DNA of 64,000 nucleotides. Source: a virus (lineage: Duplodnaviria > Caudoviricetes). The notes beneath the pieces were generated by a model, which saw only the letters and a program-made list of their open reading frames with translations, had not been told where the DNA came from and did no database searches. The number at the start of each line of letters is the position of its first letter. Positions within the stretch are counted from its first letter, which is position 1. Where the stretch lies: IMG/VR virus record IMGVR_UViG_3300031998_000052, positions 12,631 through 76,630 of that record; one strand, 5' to 3'. The translations under genes were made by a program, and so were the position numbers. Shown piece by piece: positions 10,395-20,428 of the stretch.

Positions 10395-11041
10395 GCAAAG
10401 AAAGACACAATTTCTTGAAGGAGTACAAACTGTTCAAGGCTTGCGAGAAGGAAGACGCTCTGCGGCAGAACATGGAACGTGTGTACTTCCAGGGCGGAAA
10501 CGCCTACGCTACGGACGCGCACATCATGGTGAAGGTGCCGCTCGCCTACTGCACCACGTTCGAGGACGAAGAGATCCAGGCCCTCAACGGCTTCTGCATC
10601 CACCACAAACTGCTCAAGATGCTGTACGATTTCGATGTCGTCACCATCAAGCGCACGATGGCCGCCGAAGATGCCTACGGCAACCTTCTGGAGCAGGCAG
10701 AAGAGGTCGTGTACATCAAGGTTGTCTGGCAGGGCCAGCAGATCCGCTTCCGCCTGGAGCGTTCCGACAAGGAGTTCGTTCAGAACTTCGAGACCATCCT
10801 GGCCACCGAGACCGGACACACTCCTATCAAGCAGATCGGTATCAGCCCGTCCAGGTTGAAGCAGATAGCCGAGGCTATCAATATGGACCACATCAACATG
10901 GCCTTCACTACGGCCAAGGATAAGATTTTTATCCGCTCCACCAACGAGGAAGACCAGAAGGCCGGCCCGATGGCTATCATCATGCCCATCGTTACGGATG
11001 CCACCCTGCCCGGCATGGAGGAGGAACCCGAGGAGGAATAG
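10391..11041 (+). CDS. Sliding-clamp (DnaN)-like protein
   Basis: VYFQGGNAYATDAHIMV and C-terminal AIIMPI. Confidence 0.45.
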   Translation: MSKERHNFLKEYKLFKACEKEDALRQNMERVYFQGGNAYATDAHIMVKVPLAYCTTFEDEEIQALNGFCIHHKLLKMLYDFDVVTIKRTMAAEDAYGNLLEQAEEVVYIKVVWQGQQIRFRLERSDKEFVQNFETILATETGHTPIKQIGISPSRLKQIAEAINMDHINMAFTTAKDKIFIRSTNEEDQKAGPMAIIMPIVTDATLPGMEEEPEEE

Positions 11042-11049
11042 TTTAACCT

Positions 11050-11145
11050 GGGGCGGAAAAGCCTGGCGTGAGTCAGGCAGGTGCGTTACTTTACGCTAAA
11101 ATACAATCCGTGAAATCAGACCATTATGACACGCGCCGCCGCCCC
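11050..11145 (+). ncRNA. Unclassified intergenic structured RNA candidate
   Basis: GGGGCGG/CCGCCCC closing stem; GCCTG/CAGGC and GCGT/ACGC hairpins; loop GCGTG complementary to CACGC. Confidence 0.45.
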
Positions 11146-11159
11146 AATTTCTTTCAGTT

Positions 11160-12076
11160 ATGGAGTTCAATATTAAGACCAAATACGAAGTCGGAGACAA
11201 GGTATGGATTATGGTTGAGAATTTTCCTCAGCGCGTAGCCATCCGAAAGATAACCATCCAGGGTGCAGAGATTGACGCCAATGGCGGATCGGAGAATTTC
11301 GGAAGGGTAACATACTACCTTGAAGGCATTGACCGGTATCAGGGCTTCTGCGAGGAGCAACTGTACGACACCTTCGACCAACTTCGCGACTGGGTTTTCC
11401 AAGAAGAATTGAGAGACCAATGAGTTACAAGGAATTTGTTGACCTGGTGGAGAAAATGCGCGAACACCAGCGCAATTTCTTCACGTTCCGGAAGCAGTAC
11501 GACCTGGACGAATCGAAGCGACTGGAGAAGATCGTGGACGCCGAGATAAAGAGCCAGAAGGAAGGAGGAGGGCTGTTCGATGGGGTGTGATTGCTGTCCG
11601 AAAAGCAACTACGGGGCCGAGAAGTGTTCGGCCTCTCTCAAGTACCGGATGAACTTCTGCGAGGTTACATTTCCGGGTGAAATCAAGGAAGGGCGCGGGT
11701 CCAACTACACTGCGCCAAAGAAGAAACGCAAAAAGCACAAGCGATGACAATAATTCGCACTGACCACCCGGTAGCCAGGAAGACGCACGTCTGCGAAATT
11801 TGCGGATGCGCCATCGAGCCGGGCACCAGGTATTTCCATCAGGTCAACGACTATGATGGATTCTGTGACTTCAAGGCCCATGAGGAGTGTACGGATTATG
11901 AGATGTCGAACCGCGAGCCATACGATGACGAGGGATGCGGACCTGACCAGACGGCGTGCTATTTGCTGGACGATCTGGAAGATATTCTCGGGAGCCGGGA
12001 AGCGGCCAGCAACTTCTATCATGAGCATAGTATGTATGAGTGTGTAAAATTTGTTCAGGAGCATGGAAACAGTTAA
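11160..12076 (+). other. Small hypothetical genes (11160-11423; 11744-12076 with CxxC/Cys-His residues)
   Basis: Packed ORFs; CEICGC motif in the second. Confidence 0.6.
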
Positions 12077-12198
12077 GTATCTCTGCGAGTTCTTTTTCAC
12101 GAACTTCTGGCATTGGCTTGGCCTGGTGATCCTCATCGGGTTCGTACCGGCGATTCGGTTTATCAAGGTAATTGACAACAGTAAAAACGAAAAGAGTC

Positions 12199-12840
12199 AT
12201 GCAGAAGATAATGTTCAATGACCAGTACGGTCTGACACAGGCCGTCCTTGATGGCCGCAAGACTATGACGAGGAGAGCGGTATCGGCGTGTATCAACAAA
12301 AAGGCGTGCTTGTATCGTCAAGAATACTTTGATAATACGCTCGATGCTCTTTCGGTGGAAGATTCATTGTTGGAGTTTTCCTCTTTCAAGCCCGGCGAGG
12401 TCGTTGCCGTGGCGCAGAGTTATATGGATGCGGGAAATGACCCGCACATGTTACAGTTTATTTACATCAAGGAACCTACTATCCTTCCTTTTTCTGATGG
12501 CCTTCCGGTTCTCGGATATGTTGAAGCCCCAATAATGTACCACGCAGGATGGAAGAACAAAATGTTTGTTCACCCGACAATGATGCCTCACCAAATCCGA
12601 ATTACGAACATCAAGGTGGAAAGGCTCAAGGACATCAGCGATGAGGACTGCATGAAGGAAGGGATTGTAAAGGTGCCGCAAGGTTTCTATTCCTTTGAAG
12701 GATGGGGAGGAAAAACGACACAATGGTACGCAATGACTCCACGCGATGCCTTCGCAGTCCTCATCAACAAGGTGTCCGGAAATGGAACATGGGGGTCCAA
12801 TCCCTATGTGTATGCGTATGAATTTGAACTCGTAAAATGA
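12199..12840 (+). CDS. ASCH/PUA-like domain protein
   Basis: IMFNDQYGLTQAVLDGRKTMTRR, NKMFV, VERLKDIS, NPYVYAYEF. Confidence 0.75.
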   Translation: MQKIMFNDQYGLTQAVLDGRKTMTRRAVSACINKKACLYRQEYFDNTLDALSVEDSLLEFSSFKPGEVVAVAQSYMDAGNDPHMLQFIYIKEPTILPFSDGLPVLGYVEAPIMYHAGWKNKMFVHPTMMPHQIRITNIKVERLKDISDEDCMKEGIVKVPQGFYSFEGWGGKTTQWYAMTPRDAFAVLINKVSGNGTWGSNPYVYAYEFELVK

Positions 12841-13881
12841 TTATATCAAAGACGGAAGGACACATTACGGGCTTTCAGTGGATGGATCCTCAGATAGGCC
12901 CGGAGGTTCACGTTCGTTCAGGTCGTGACATTTTGTTTCCGTTCAATCAGGTTCCTCTACCCGCAGATGGAACGAGGCTTGATAAGTATCGGATGAAAAA
13001 AGTAAGAATAACCGTAGAACTGATTGACAATGATTAAGTTTTTTAAGAATCTCTTCCACAAAAAACAGAAGGTGGAATACGTAGAGGTTTCCATCCATGG
13101 CTACCTGGCCAAGGACAGAAACAAGAAGGAAAATTTTTTCAGGGAGGAACCGGAACGAAACCGGGACGTCTGGTGGTCCAGGGAAAATCCATGGCCGCAT
13201 GGCCGGTGTTTCAACCCGTACAATAAACTGGAACTACCGCACCGCGACATGTTCGGGGACGCGGTGAAGTGGACGAATGATCCGGTGGAGTGCGATATCA
13301 TCTTTAGAATCAAGAAGCCATGAGAAAACTGCTGAATTTCCTGCTCGGCCCGAAGAAGATGAAGGCCCAGGACGAAGACATCATCTTCGAGGCTCTTGGC
13401 ATGGTCTATGACGTATGCCATGATGACATCGTTGAACTATCCTTCCGGTATCCGGAGGGTCACGAGGTAATTCACGCGCTCAAACTTCCAGGCCACGACC
13501 TTCGCATCGGCCAGTTCGTTACGGTGACGTACAGGAAGGGGCGCAAGTTGGCACGATAGTTGCATTATGAAAGCGAGCGAGACACAGATTCTTGGCCCGG
13601 GAGATTACCGGATGGCGCCAGGTTATAGGGGCTATGTCCTTCATGGCGTACTCCACGTCGTTCCGTACATACCGAGAGGGATAGCGCCGGATGACAAGCG
13701 CTGCCGGGACTGCAAGAACCGCATCGAGGGCCGGAATAAGAGGGGTGCATACTATGACGCCTGGGTATGTAAGATGCGCCCGAAGGAGGTTTATCATGGC
13801 ATCCAGTTGTACTACCGGTGCGGAGAACTGGACCATATTTGTCAACACTTTAAGGATAAGAATAATGGCACAAAGGACTAA
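12837..13881 (+). other. Small hypothetical genes (12837-13037, 13024-13323, 13320-13559, 13567-13881)
   Basis: Overlapping + strand ORFs. Confidence 0.6.
13549..13564 (+). promoter_or_regulatory. Sigma54 -24/-12 consensus match
   Basis: TGGCACG-ATAG-TTGCA. Confidence 0.35.
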
Positions 13882-14749
13882 AGACATTTTTACGAGAGAC
13901 TGGATCATCGAGAACTCAGTTGACATTCTGAGCAACTATGAGCCAGGTGTTTTGACCATCCGTGGACTTCACTACCAGTTAGTGAGCCGTGGGATGACGA
14001 ATGACATTCAGCATTACAAGAGGGTCGTGGCTGCTACCGGCCAGGCAAGATGGGACGGCATCATCCGGTTCGACGCTTTCAGTGACCGCGACCGTGCGCT
14101 GGCCTGCAACACCATCGCCGATCCGGTTGACCTGGAGGAGGAAGAGTCCACGGCGAAGCGCCAGATCAAACTCTGGATGGAACACTACTACCGCAACAAG
14201 TGGGAGAATCAGCCGTACTACCCGGAGGTATTCATCGAGAAGAAGGCCCTGGAGGGCGTCTTCTACAAGCCGTGCCTCGCTCATGGAATTGCGCTTGGCG
14301 CCTGCAAGGGCTACCCATCCCTCACCTTCCTGCACGACGCTGCTATCCGCTTCCAGGAGGCTGTTGACCACGGCAAGATGCCCATCATCCTCTATTTCGG
14401 TGACTACGATCCGTCCGGAGAGGACATCCCGAGAGCGCTCAAGGAGAACATCATGAAACTCGGGTGCGAGGAGATCGAGGTTCGCCGCATCAGCCTCGTC
14501 GAGGACCAGGTGATTGCCTGGCACCTGCCGCCCGCTCCCACGAAGGTTACGGACTCCCGCTCTGCCAACTGGGACGGCCTGGGCCAGGTTGAGTTGGATG
14601 CCGTGAAGCCGGAGAAACTTATAGAACTTCTGGACGATGCCGTCGCGGACATCTTCGATGAGGAGTTGTACGATGAACTGAAAGACATCGAGAAAGAGGA
14701 GCGAGAGACCTACGTAGCAGACATGAAGGAATACGTTCAGAGTTTGTAG
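13865..14749 (+). CDS. Topoisomerase VI subunit A-like winged-helix/TOPRIM protein
   Basis: TIRGLHYQL (winged-helix Tyr), EVFIEK, KGYPS, YFGDYDPSGEDI, ELDA; start at ATG 13865. Confidence 0.7.
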   Translation: MAQRTKDIFTRDWIIENSVDILSNYEPGVLTIRGLHYQLVSRGMTNDIQHYKRVVAATGQARWDGIIRFDAFSDRDRALACNTIADPVDLEEEESTAKRQIKLWMEHYYRNKWENQPYYPEVFIEKKALEGVFYKPCLAHGIALGACKGYPSLTFLHDAAIRFQEAVDHGKMPIILYFGDYDPSGEDIPRALKENIMKLGCEEIEVRRISLVEDQVIAWHLPPAPTKVTDSRSANWDGLGQVELDAVKPEKLIELLDDAVADIFDEELYDELKDIEKEERETYVADMKEYVQSL

Positions 14750-14750
14750 T

Positions 14751-16258
14751 ATGGCATACGTACCTATTCCCGCAACCGCAGAAGGCTGGCGTAATACCAG
14801 CCTTTCTCCTGCTGATATGGAGGCCGTAGCGCTTGGAATCGTGGCCGACGTTGAGCAGAACAACCCGTGTCTGAGCGCGAAGGATAAGATGCTCCGTTGC
14901 GCCCGCCTCGGAATGATTTACAGAGACTATAAAGAACTGAAACATGAATAACCCTTGGCACAATTTTGAGGAATACGCGCCTCCGAAACCTGACGATAGT
15001 ACCAGAAATTTTTACTACCTTTGTGAGGTTTCCGGCCTTGAATTTTGCCGCTACGTTGTGCTGATGTACGACTGCGACGAACGCTGGTGGATCTACGTTC
15101 CGAAGATAGCGGGAATATGGGAAGGTGGCTGGCTTGGCATACCAGATGACATGAAGATACTTCGCTGGAAATTCATAGAGCATGAATGAGACTGATACCA
15201 TTGGGCTGATGACCAACAGCCTTTATTTAATGTCTCAGGCGATGGACCTCATCATGAGGGACTGCGAGCGCCGGATGGCAAAGAACAAGGAGTGCTTCAA
15301 GCAGCAGAAGAAGCAGACCTTCAACCGCTACATGCAGGCCGTGAAGACCGCCTGCATCCTGAATGAAGACCTCTGCCAGGACATATACGAGCACGAGTCG
15401 AAACGTAACTACAAGGACGTCCAGATCTGGCAGGAGCAGGCCAATGAACTGGCTCGGTTCGTGCTCCTCCTGGCCGACATTTCGCCCTACATGGACTACG
15501 TGAATGAGGTGTTCAAGCACCTGCGGTCCTTCAAGGGCGAGGGTATTATAACCGAGGAAGTTTTGAAAAATTTTTATCTTAAGAAGTTATGAAACAAGAA
15601 GAAGCACCCAAAGTGAAGAAGCCCGCGAAGATTTTCGTGAGACTGCAAGGAGCCTATGACAACGGCTTTGTCGGTTCTGCATACGACAGGAAGCAGGACG
15701 ATATGACCAAGGAGAACACCGTGGAGTACCTGTCCAAGGCCGCTATCATCCAGGGCCTCCTGAACCTCATCCCTCAGTTCGAGATGCAGGCGCACCGGGC
15801 CGATGCCAACGGCCTTCTCAAGAAGAAGGTACGCGACCAGAAAGCGGCCATCGAAGGCGTCATTAACCAGATAGCAAACATGTAGGATGAAACCTACCGA
15901 ACTGCAAATCAACGACCTGGTTCTGGCCCCCTTCTACGGCCAGATGGTTCCGTCCAGAATCGTCAGCCTCACCGAGGACCGGATCATGTATTCTCCGGTG
16001 AATCCCGGGCCGCACAAGCCTGGTCCATACGTGAGCAACGGAAGCAACATTGAACCGCTCCCTCTGTCCGAGGAAGCGCTGGCCATAGAGTTTCCGACGC
16101 CGGACACAATCGCCTGGTCCCCGTGCAACTATCCGTCGAGGATTCCTTACTTCCACATCTCGTTCGACCGGGACGGGACGAAGGTGGAGACAGACATCAA
16201 CTACGTACACGAGTTGCAGCGGATCCTGCACGTGTGCGGCATCCAGCAGACACTATGA
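14751..16258 (+). other. Small hypothetical genes (14751-14951, 14944-15189, 15182-15592, 15589-15885, 15887-16258)
   Basis: Overlapping + strand ORFs. Confidence 0.6.
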
Positions 16259-16476
16259 ACATAGGAAAGGTATTCAAGAAATTCAGGGAGGAGAAGGGCA
16301 TCACGCAGCGCTCCCTGGCCCAAGCCCTCAACATCACGCCTACGGCCCTCTACAAGATTGAAATCGGCAAGAACTGGCCGAAGCAGAAGACCATCGAGGC
16401 TTTCCAGATGGTCTCCGGCTACAAGACCGCCCGCCTGTATGTCGAATCGTTTGAACCGCAGGACTATGGCGCTTGA
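16255..16476 (+). CDS. XRE-family helix-turn-helix regulator
   Basis: KKFREEKGITQRSLAQALNITPTALYKIEIGK. Confidence 0.85.
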   Translation: MNIGKVFKKFREEKGITQRSLAQALNITPTALYKIEIGKNWPKQKTIEAFQMVSGYKTARLYVESFEPQDYGA

Positions 16477-17032
16477 AGTAGAAGTAACACAGGAGACCTC
16501 CTGGAAGAGGGCGCTCAATGCGGCCCGTCGCACCGTTGGCAAGGAACCGCTCGACAAGGAACCGAGCCGCGAGTTCAAACTGAAAAGCCTGTTCGCAGAG
16601 CACAGTCAGATCAAACTTGTGGAATACCGAATCGCCTTCAAGGACTTGAAGCAGTGGATCGGCGTTCATCTGCTCAGGCACCCATTCATCCTTCCGTTTA
16701 TCCACTCCCAGCGCGATGACCGGCGCAAGAATCCGGTTCCAAGGGACGAGATGCCGCAAGGGTCTCCTAACGACCAGGACTTTTACGTCAACGCCCAGGC
16801 CGTCATCAACATCTCACGAAAGCGCCTCTGCAACAAGGCGTCGAAAGAAACGAGAGAGGCGTGGCAGATGGTCAAGGACAAGATGAAGGAAGTTGACCCA
16901 GAGTTGGCCACCGTCATGGTCCGACAGTGCGTCTATCGAGGGTTCTGCCCCGAGATGGGATGCTGCGGATTCTGCAACACGCCTGAGTATCAGAAGGAGG
17001 TTGAAGCCTACCGCTCCGCCAAGCCTGAATAA
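16466..17032 (+). CDS. ThyX-like flavin-dependent thymidylate synthase homologue
   Basis: AEHS, HLLRH...HSQRDDR, INISRKRLC, MVRQCVYRGFCPE resemble ThyX segments; canonical RHR motif altered. Confidence 0.65.
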   Translation: MALEVEVTQETSWKRALNAARRTVGKEPLDKEPSREFKLKSLFAEHSQIKLVEYRIAFKDLKQWIGVHLLRHPFILPFIHSQRDDRRKNPVPRDEMPQGSPNDQDFYVNAQAVINISRKRLCNKASKETREAWQMVKDKMKEVDPELATVMVRQCVYRGFCPEMGCCGFCNTPEYQKEVEAYRSAKPE

Positions 17033-17035
17033 AGA

Positions 17036-17071
17036 GAAGCCCCGCCAGACCGCAAAAACTGGTGGGGCTTC
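17036..17071. terminator. Convergent terminator hairpin
   Basis: GAAGCCCCGCCAG/CTGGTGGGGCTTC stem between converging operons. Confidence 0.75.
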
Positions 17072-17083
17072 TTCCCGGAGATA

Positions 17084-17494
17084 TCACATCTGCGGGTCGT
17101 GACAATGCGGGCACGAGAGTTGACACACAATGTCTGATATTTCCCTTGATATATTGCCGCCAAGATAGGCAACCTCCTCGCCATACGGGTCCATCCCATC
17201 CTCCTGCCCAACGTGCTGTATGATATGGATTATCTCATGCACGATGGAGTCAAGTACCTGCGGACCGGAGCTTGCCATCCCGACGCCATAAACCGTCCTC
17301 CTTATGGGAGGATTGCTGTAAGTGAATCCCTCGTTCAAATATCCGGCCCGGACGTTTTCTGACACCTGATGGATGATAGAATCTGGCGCGTCTGCCCAGA
17401 GCAGGGCCGACTGGATGCGTTCCAGGTCCCTTGTGTCAAAACAGAAGAGGAACAATACATCCCAGCGCCGGATATGGACGAGCCTTTCAATCAT
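17084..17494 (-). CDS. Hypothetical protein (module gene 6), HExxH motif
   Basis: VHEIIH...EEVAY, zincin-like. Confidence 0.65.
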   Translation of the reverse strand: MIERLVHIRRWDVLFLFCFDTRDLERIQSALLWADAPDSIIHQVSENVRAGYLNEGFTYSNPPIRRTVYGVGMASSGPQVLDSIVHEIIHIIQHVGQEDGMDPYGEEVAYLGGNISREISDIVCQLSCPHCHDPQM

Positions 17495-17895
17495 TACAGC
17501 AGGTCCTCCCAGGGAACGGAAACGCCCTTCGCGTTCAGTTTTGCCAGGAACTCGTCGAAAGCCCGCGTCTCATAGCCGTCGGGATCGTCGATGTAGTCCT
17601 TGACGAATTTCGCCAGGTGGGCCTCGTCGGTGATCGAGGAGCCGAAGTAGTCCGAGCGGGCCATGGCATAAACATACGGGATGTCATACCCCATATCTTT
17701 CTCGACAGTGACGGAGATCCGTTTCAGGACGTCCATCACCTGCTCCTTTTCCATGAATTCGGCCTTCTTCCCGTTCTGGTCCGTCATCATGGAAACAGCC
17801 CAGCGATACATGGGCTTTGAGAAGTGAAAGTCATTAAACGACAGGTATTCACGCATACCCTGAGGCAGTATGTCGTAAGAGTCTAACCTTGACAT
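17494..17895 (-). CDS. Hypothetical protein (module gene 5)
   Basis: TAATG coupling with the next gene. Confidence 0.75.
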   Translation of the reverse strand: MSRLDSYDILPQGMREYLSFNDFHFSKPMYRWAVSMMTDQNGKKAEFMEKEQVMDVLKRISVTVEKDMGYDIPYVYAMARSDYFGSSITDEAHLAKFVKDYIDDPDGYETRAFDEFLAKLNAKGVSVPWEDLL

Positions 17896-17939
17896 AGTTG
17901 TTTCTTTTTAAGGGGCGAGTTTCCCCGCCCCGGTTGTTT

Positions 17940-18209
17940 CTACATGAACCGACCGCGAGAGTCGCGCATCCGGCGCTCTCCCCACATTCCGCGTTCGCCG
18001 TAGCCATCGTGCATAGGGTAGTTCTCCCTCATGCCGTATCCGTCGTTACGCATCCCGTAGAAGCGCTCGCCGTAGCGGTCTTCCATTTCGCAGGCCAGGT
18101 CGTGCATTTCCTCGACGGCTGCACGGGCCTTTTCTGCCGCACGGAAGAAAGCCTCGGCCTCGGAGCCGCTGTGCTCCCTGCGGCCAAAATCGTAAACTCG
18201 GTATCCCAT
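17940..18209 (-). CDS. Low-complexity protein with YG(E/M)R repeats (module gene 4)
   Basis: YGER, YGMR, YGMR, YGER, WGER; ends RDSRGRFM. Confidence 0.75.
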   Translation of the reverse strand: MGYRVYDFGRREHSGSEAEAFFRAAEKARAAVEEMHDLACEMEDRYGERFYGMRNDGYGMRENYPMHDGYGERGMWGERRMRDSRGRFM

Positions 18210-18211
18210 TT

Positions 18212-18733
18212 TTATTCCTCCTTGGTTTTCTTGCCCAGGGTCTTCGAGATCATCCCGGTCAAGGCCGCAATCTGGTCGCTCATTCCGGCAATCTGCTCCT
18301 CCAGCTTGTTGATCTTTGCAGACTGCTCGCGCTCCCTTTTCATTTCCGGGTGGAATTCAAGGAGAATCGCATCGCAGTTGCTCACGGTCTTCTCGTAGAA
18401 GCCCCTCTTTTCCAGTTCGGAAGCGGCCTGGCTCCGCATAGCCCCTATCTCATTCAGGACACCATCTCTGGTCTCGCTGAGGATAATGCCCCTGTCGGGG
18501 AATTCGGCTATGGAAACGTTGGTCGGAATCCTCTGGAACAGTTCGGTCTTCCCGTTCATTTCGAGCGTGAGATCAAACATCGGGGACATACTATTGATAC
18601 CGCCTTGCGGCATCTGGAAATTGAACTGCGGAGGGTACTGACTGCTTAGCTGTGCGACCTTCGCGGTTGCGACGCTCGGGCCATTCTTGAAAATGACGAA
18701 CACCGGCGTCCCAGGACGTAAATTACTGAGCAT
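18212..18733 (-). CDS. Hypothetical protein with C-terminal coiled coil (module gene 3)
   Basis: ORF in the co-oriented module. Confidence 0.75.
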   Translation of the reverse strand: MLSNLRPGTPVFVIFKNGPSVATAKVAQLSSQYPPQFNFQMPQGGINSMSPMFDLTLEMNGKTELFQRIPTNVSIAEFPDRGIILSETRDGVLNEIGAMRSQAASELEKRGFYEKTVSNCDAILLEFHPEMKREREQSAKINKLEEQIAGMSDQIAALTGMISKTLGKKTKEE

Positions 18734-18745
18734 GGTTGTTTGTTG

Positions 18746-19156
18746 TTAAATGATTGGTGAAGTTGTTTGAAGGACACCGTTATACCAGTCGTAGAAGACT
18801 GTGATAATGCCGGTTCCTGTCAGGTCGGCGGCTGTGACTGCCACCCCGCCGAAAGACGTCAGCGCACGGGTCTGCCCGTTGAGCGTCAGGCGTACCGGAA
18901 GTGTTCCGGTCGTACCCTCTGGAATCGCGTCTGCTATGTTGATGGTCAGGTATCCGACCGGTGGAATCCTCCGGAAACCCAGAGTGAAATCCACCGCGTC
19001 GGAACCGACCGTCACACCAGTAGTGCGAAGATACGGGATGCCATTCGCGTTCGTCGTTACATTAACGCATCCGAACATAGCATTGCCCTCCTTAGAATAC
19101 GAAACCGTTTCCTCCGAAACCGCCATAACCGTTCCAGCCTCCGTAGAAGCCACCAT
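18746..19156 (-). CDS. Beta-rich hypothetical protein (module gene 2); start uncertain
   Basis: Thr/Gly/Val-rich ORF in the module. Confidence 0.65.
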   Translation of the reverse strand: MVASTEAGTVMAVSEETVSYSKEGNAMFGCVNVTTNANGIPYLRTTGVTVGSDAVDFTLGFRRIPPVGYLTINIADAIPEGTTGTLPVRLTLNGQTRALTSFGGVAVTAADLTGTGIITVFYDWYNGVLQTTSPII

Positions 19157-20018
19157 TCACGTAGGGAGTGGTGTTCACAGCGGCCAACTGGGGCCACTGG
19201 ACGGGAACAGTCTGGGGCATCTTGCACTTGATGTCATCCACCTCGCGGGCAATGGGGCTGAGCATGGCCGCAATCGCGTTGGTCTGGCGGGCGTTATCGG
19301 CTTCGTTGCGAAGCTGGGTGATAATCTCTGCCTGACGGTTGATCTCGGCCTGCATCTCGCGTTCCTTCACGGCGCAGAACTCGCGGGTCATGTCGGTGTG
19401 GAGACCGTTGATGGCGCCTACGATGGAGGCGGTGTTGCGGTCAGCCTGGGACCCGAGGGTGTTGGTCTGCTCGATGGTGCGAATCTGATTCTGATAGCCC
19501 TGCTCGACGGTAAGCTGGCGCATCTCGCAGCAGCACTGACAAAGCTGGCTGGCGATGGCTGCATTGCCGCTCTGGATGGCGTTGATTACCTGCTGGCCGG
19601 TGAGGCCGAGGTTGGCGCCGACAGTGGCGATTGCGCCCTGCACGGTGTTGATGGCCAGGCGCACGCTGTCGATGTCGCTGTTCAGCGTGGAAGCCAGCAG
19701 GCGGACGTCGGAGTCCGTGCCGTTGATGGCCTGGATGATAAGGTCGGTGTTCGCGTTGGCCGTAGCCTGGGCGCCGAGCGACGCAGCAGCGTTGCCGTTG
19801 CCATTGCCGCCCCAACCGAAGCCGTTGCCACCAAGGAATCCAGGGATCAGTCCACCGAGGACGCCACCCAGGATGCCGGTCAGGAAACCGCCACCGCCGA
19901 AGCCGAAGCCGTTACCCCAACCGAATCCATTGTTGCCATTCAGCGCAAAGGCGAGGGGAATGTTGCCCCAACCATTGTTCTGGTTGTCGGGCATGATGAT
20001 GGTTTTATCTTCTGCCAT
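19092..20018 (-). CDS. Gly/Asn/aromatic-rich protein with CQCCC motif and coiled coil (module gene 1)
   Basis: NNGWGN, GFGFGGGG, GFGWGGNGNGN; LCQCCCE; YGGWNGYGGFGGNGF tail. Confidence 0.8.
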   Translation of the reverse strand: MAEDKTIIMPDNQNNGWGNIPLAFALNGNNGFGWGNGFGFGGGGFLTGILGGVLGGLIPGFLGGNGFGWGGNGNGNAAASLGAQATANANTDLIIQAINGTDSDVRLLASTLNSDIDSVRLAINTVQGAIATVGANLGLTGQQVINAIQSGNAAIASQLCQCCCEMRQLTVEQGYQNQIRTIEQTNTLGSQADRNTASIVGAINGLHTDMTREFCAVKEREMQAEINRQAEIITQLRNEADNARQTNAIAAMLSPIAREVDDIKCKMPQTVPVQWPQLAAVNTTPYVNGGFYGGWNGYGGFGGNGFVF

Positions 20019-20089
20019 AGTAAATAGCTTTTTTGTTAAATAATTAGGTCCACGAATAGCGCTATCGTCGATACAAAGGTCAGCAAAAA

Positions 20090-20114
20090 GCCCACCCCTA
20101 TGAAGGAGTGGGCG
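20090..20114 (-). terminator. Rho-independent terminator
   Basis: GCCCAC...GTGGGC followed by a T run on the - strand. Confidence 0.6.
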
Positions 20115-20137
20115 AAATAAAGATAAGCCGCTGACAA

Positions 20138-20428
20138 TCAGTGATGTTTTGTCCAGTTCTTAGGTACAAGTTTGTGGAAGACGTTGAAGGAGTACATGCT
20201 GACGTTCCTCCGGGGCTTCGGGATCATCTTGCGCTTGATGATGCCGTTGACAGCAGCCTTCGATTTGCCGTAGTGTTCGGCCAACTCGTCGGACGTGGCC
20301 CAGATTGGAAGGTTTTCGGAAAGGACGCGGTACATGGCGTCTGTCTGCTCCTTAGTGCAATCACCGCGCTTGAATTTTGCGCGAAGGAGGTCGAACACCT
20401 CCAGGATGAAATCGATTTTCTCGTCCAT
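20138..20428 (-). CDS. Small putative DNA-binding protein
   Basis: SDELAEHYGKSKAAVNGII, HTH-like. Confidence 0.55.
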   Translation of the reverse strand: MDEKIDFILEVFDLLRAKFKRGDCTKEQTDAMYRVLSENLPIWATSDELAEHYGKSKAAVNGIIKRKMIPKPRRNVSMYSFNVFHKLVPKNWTKHH

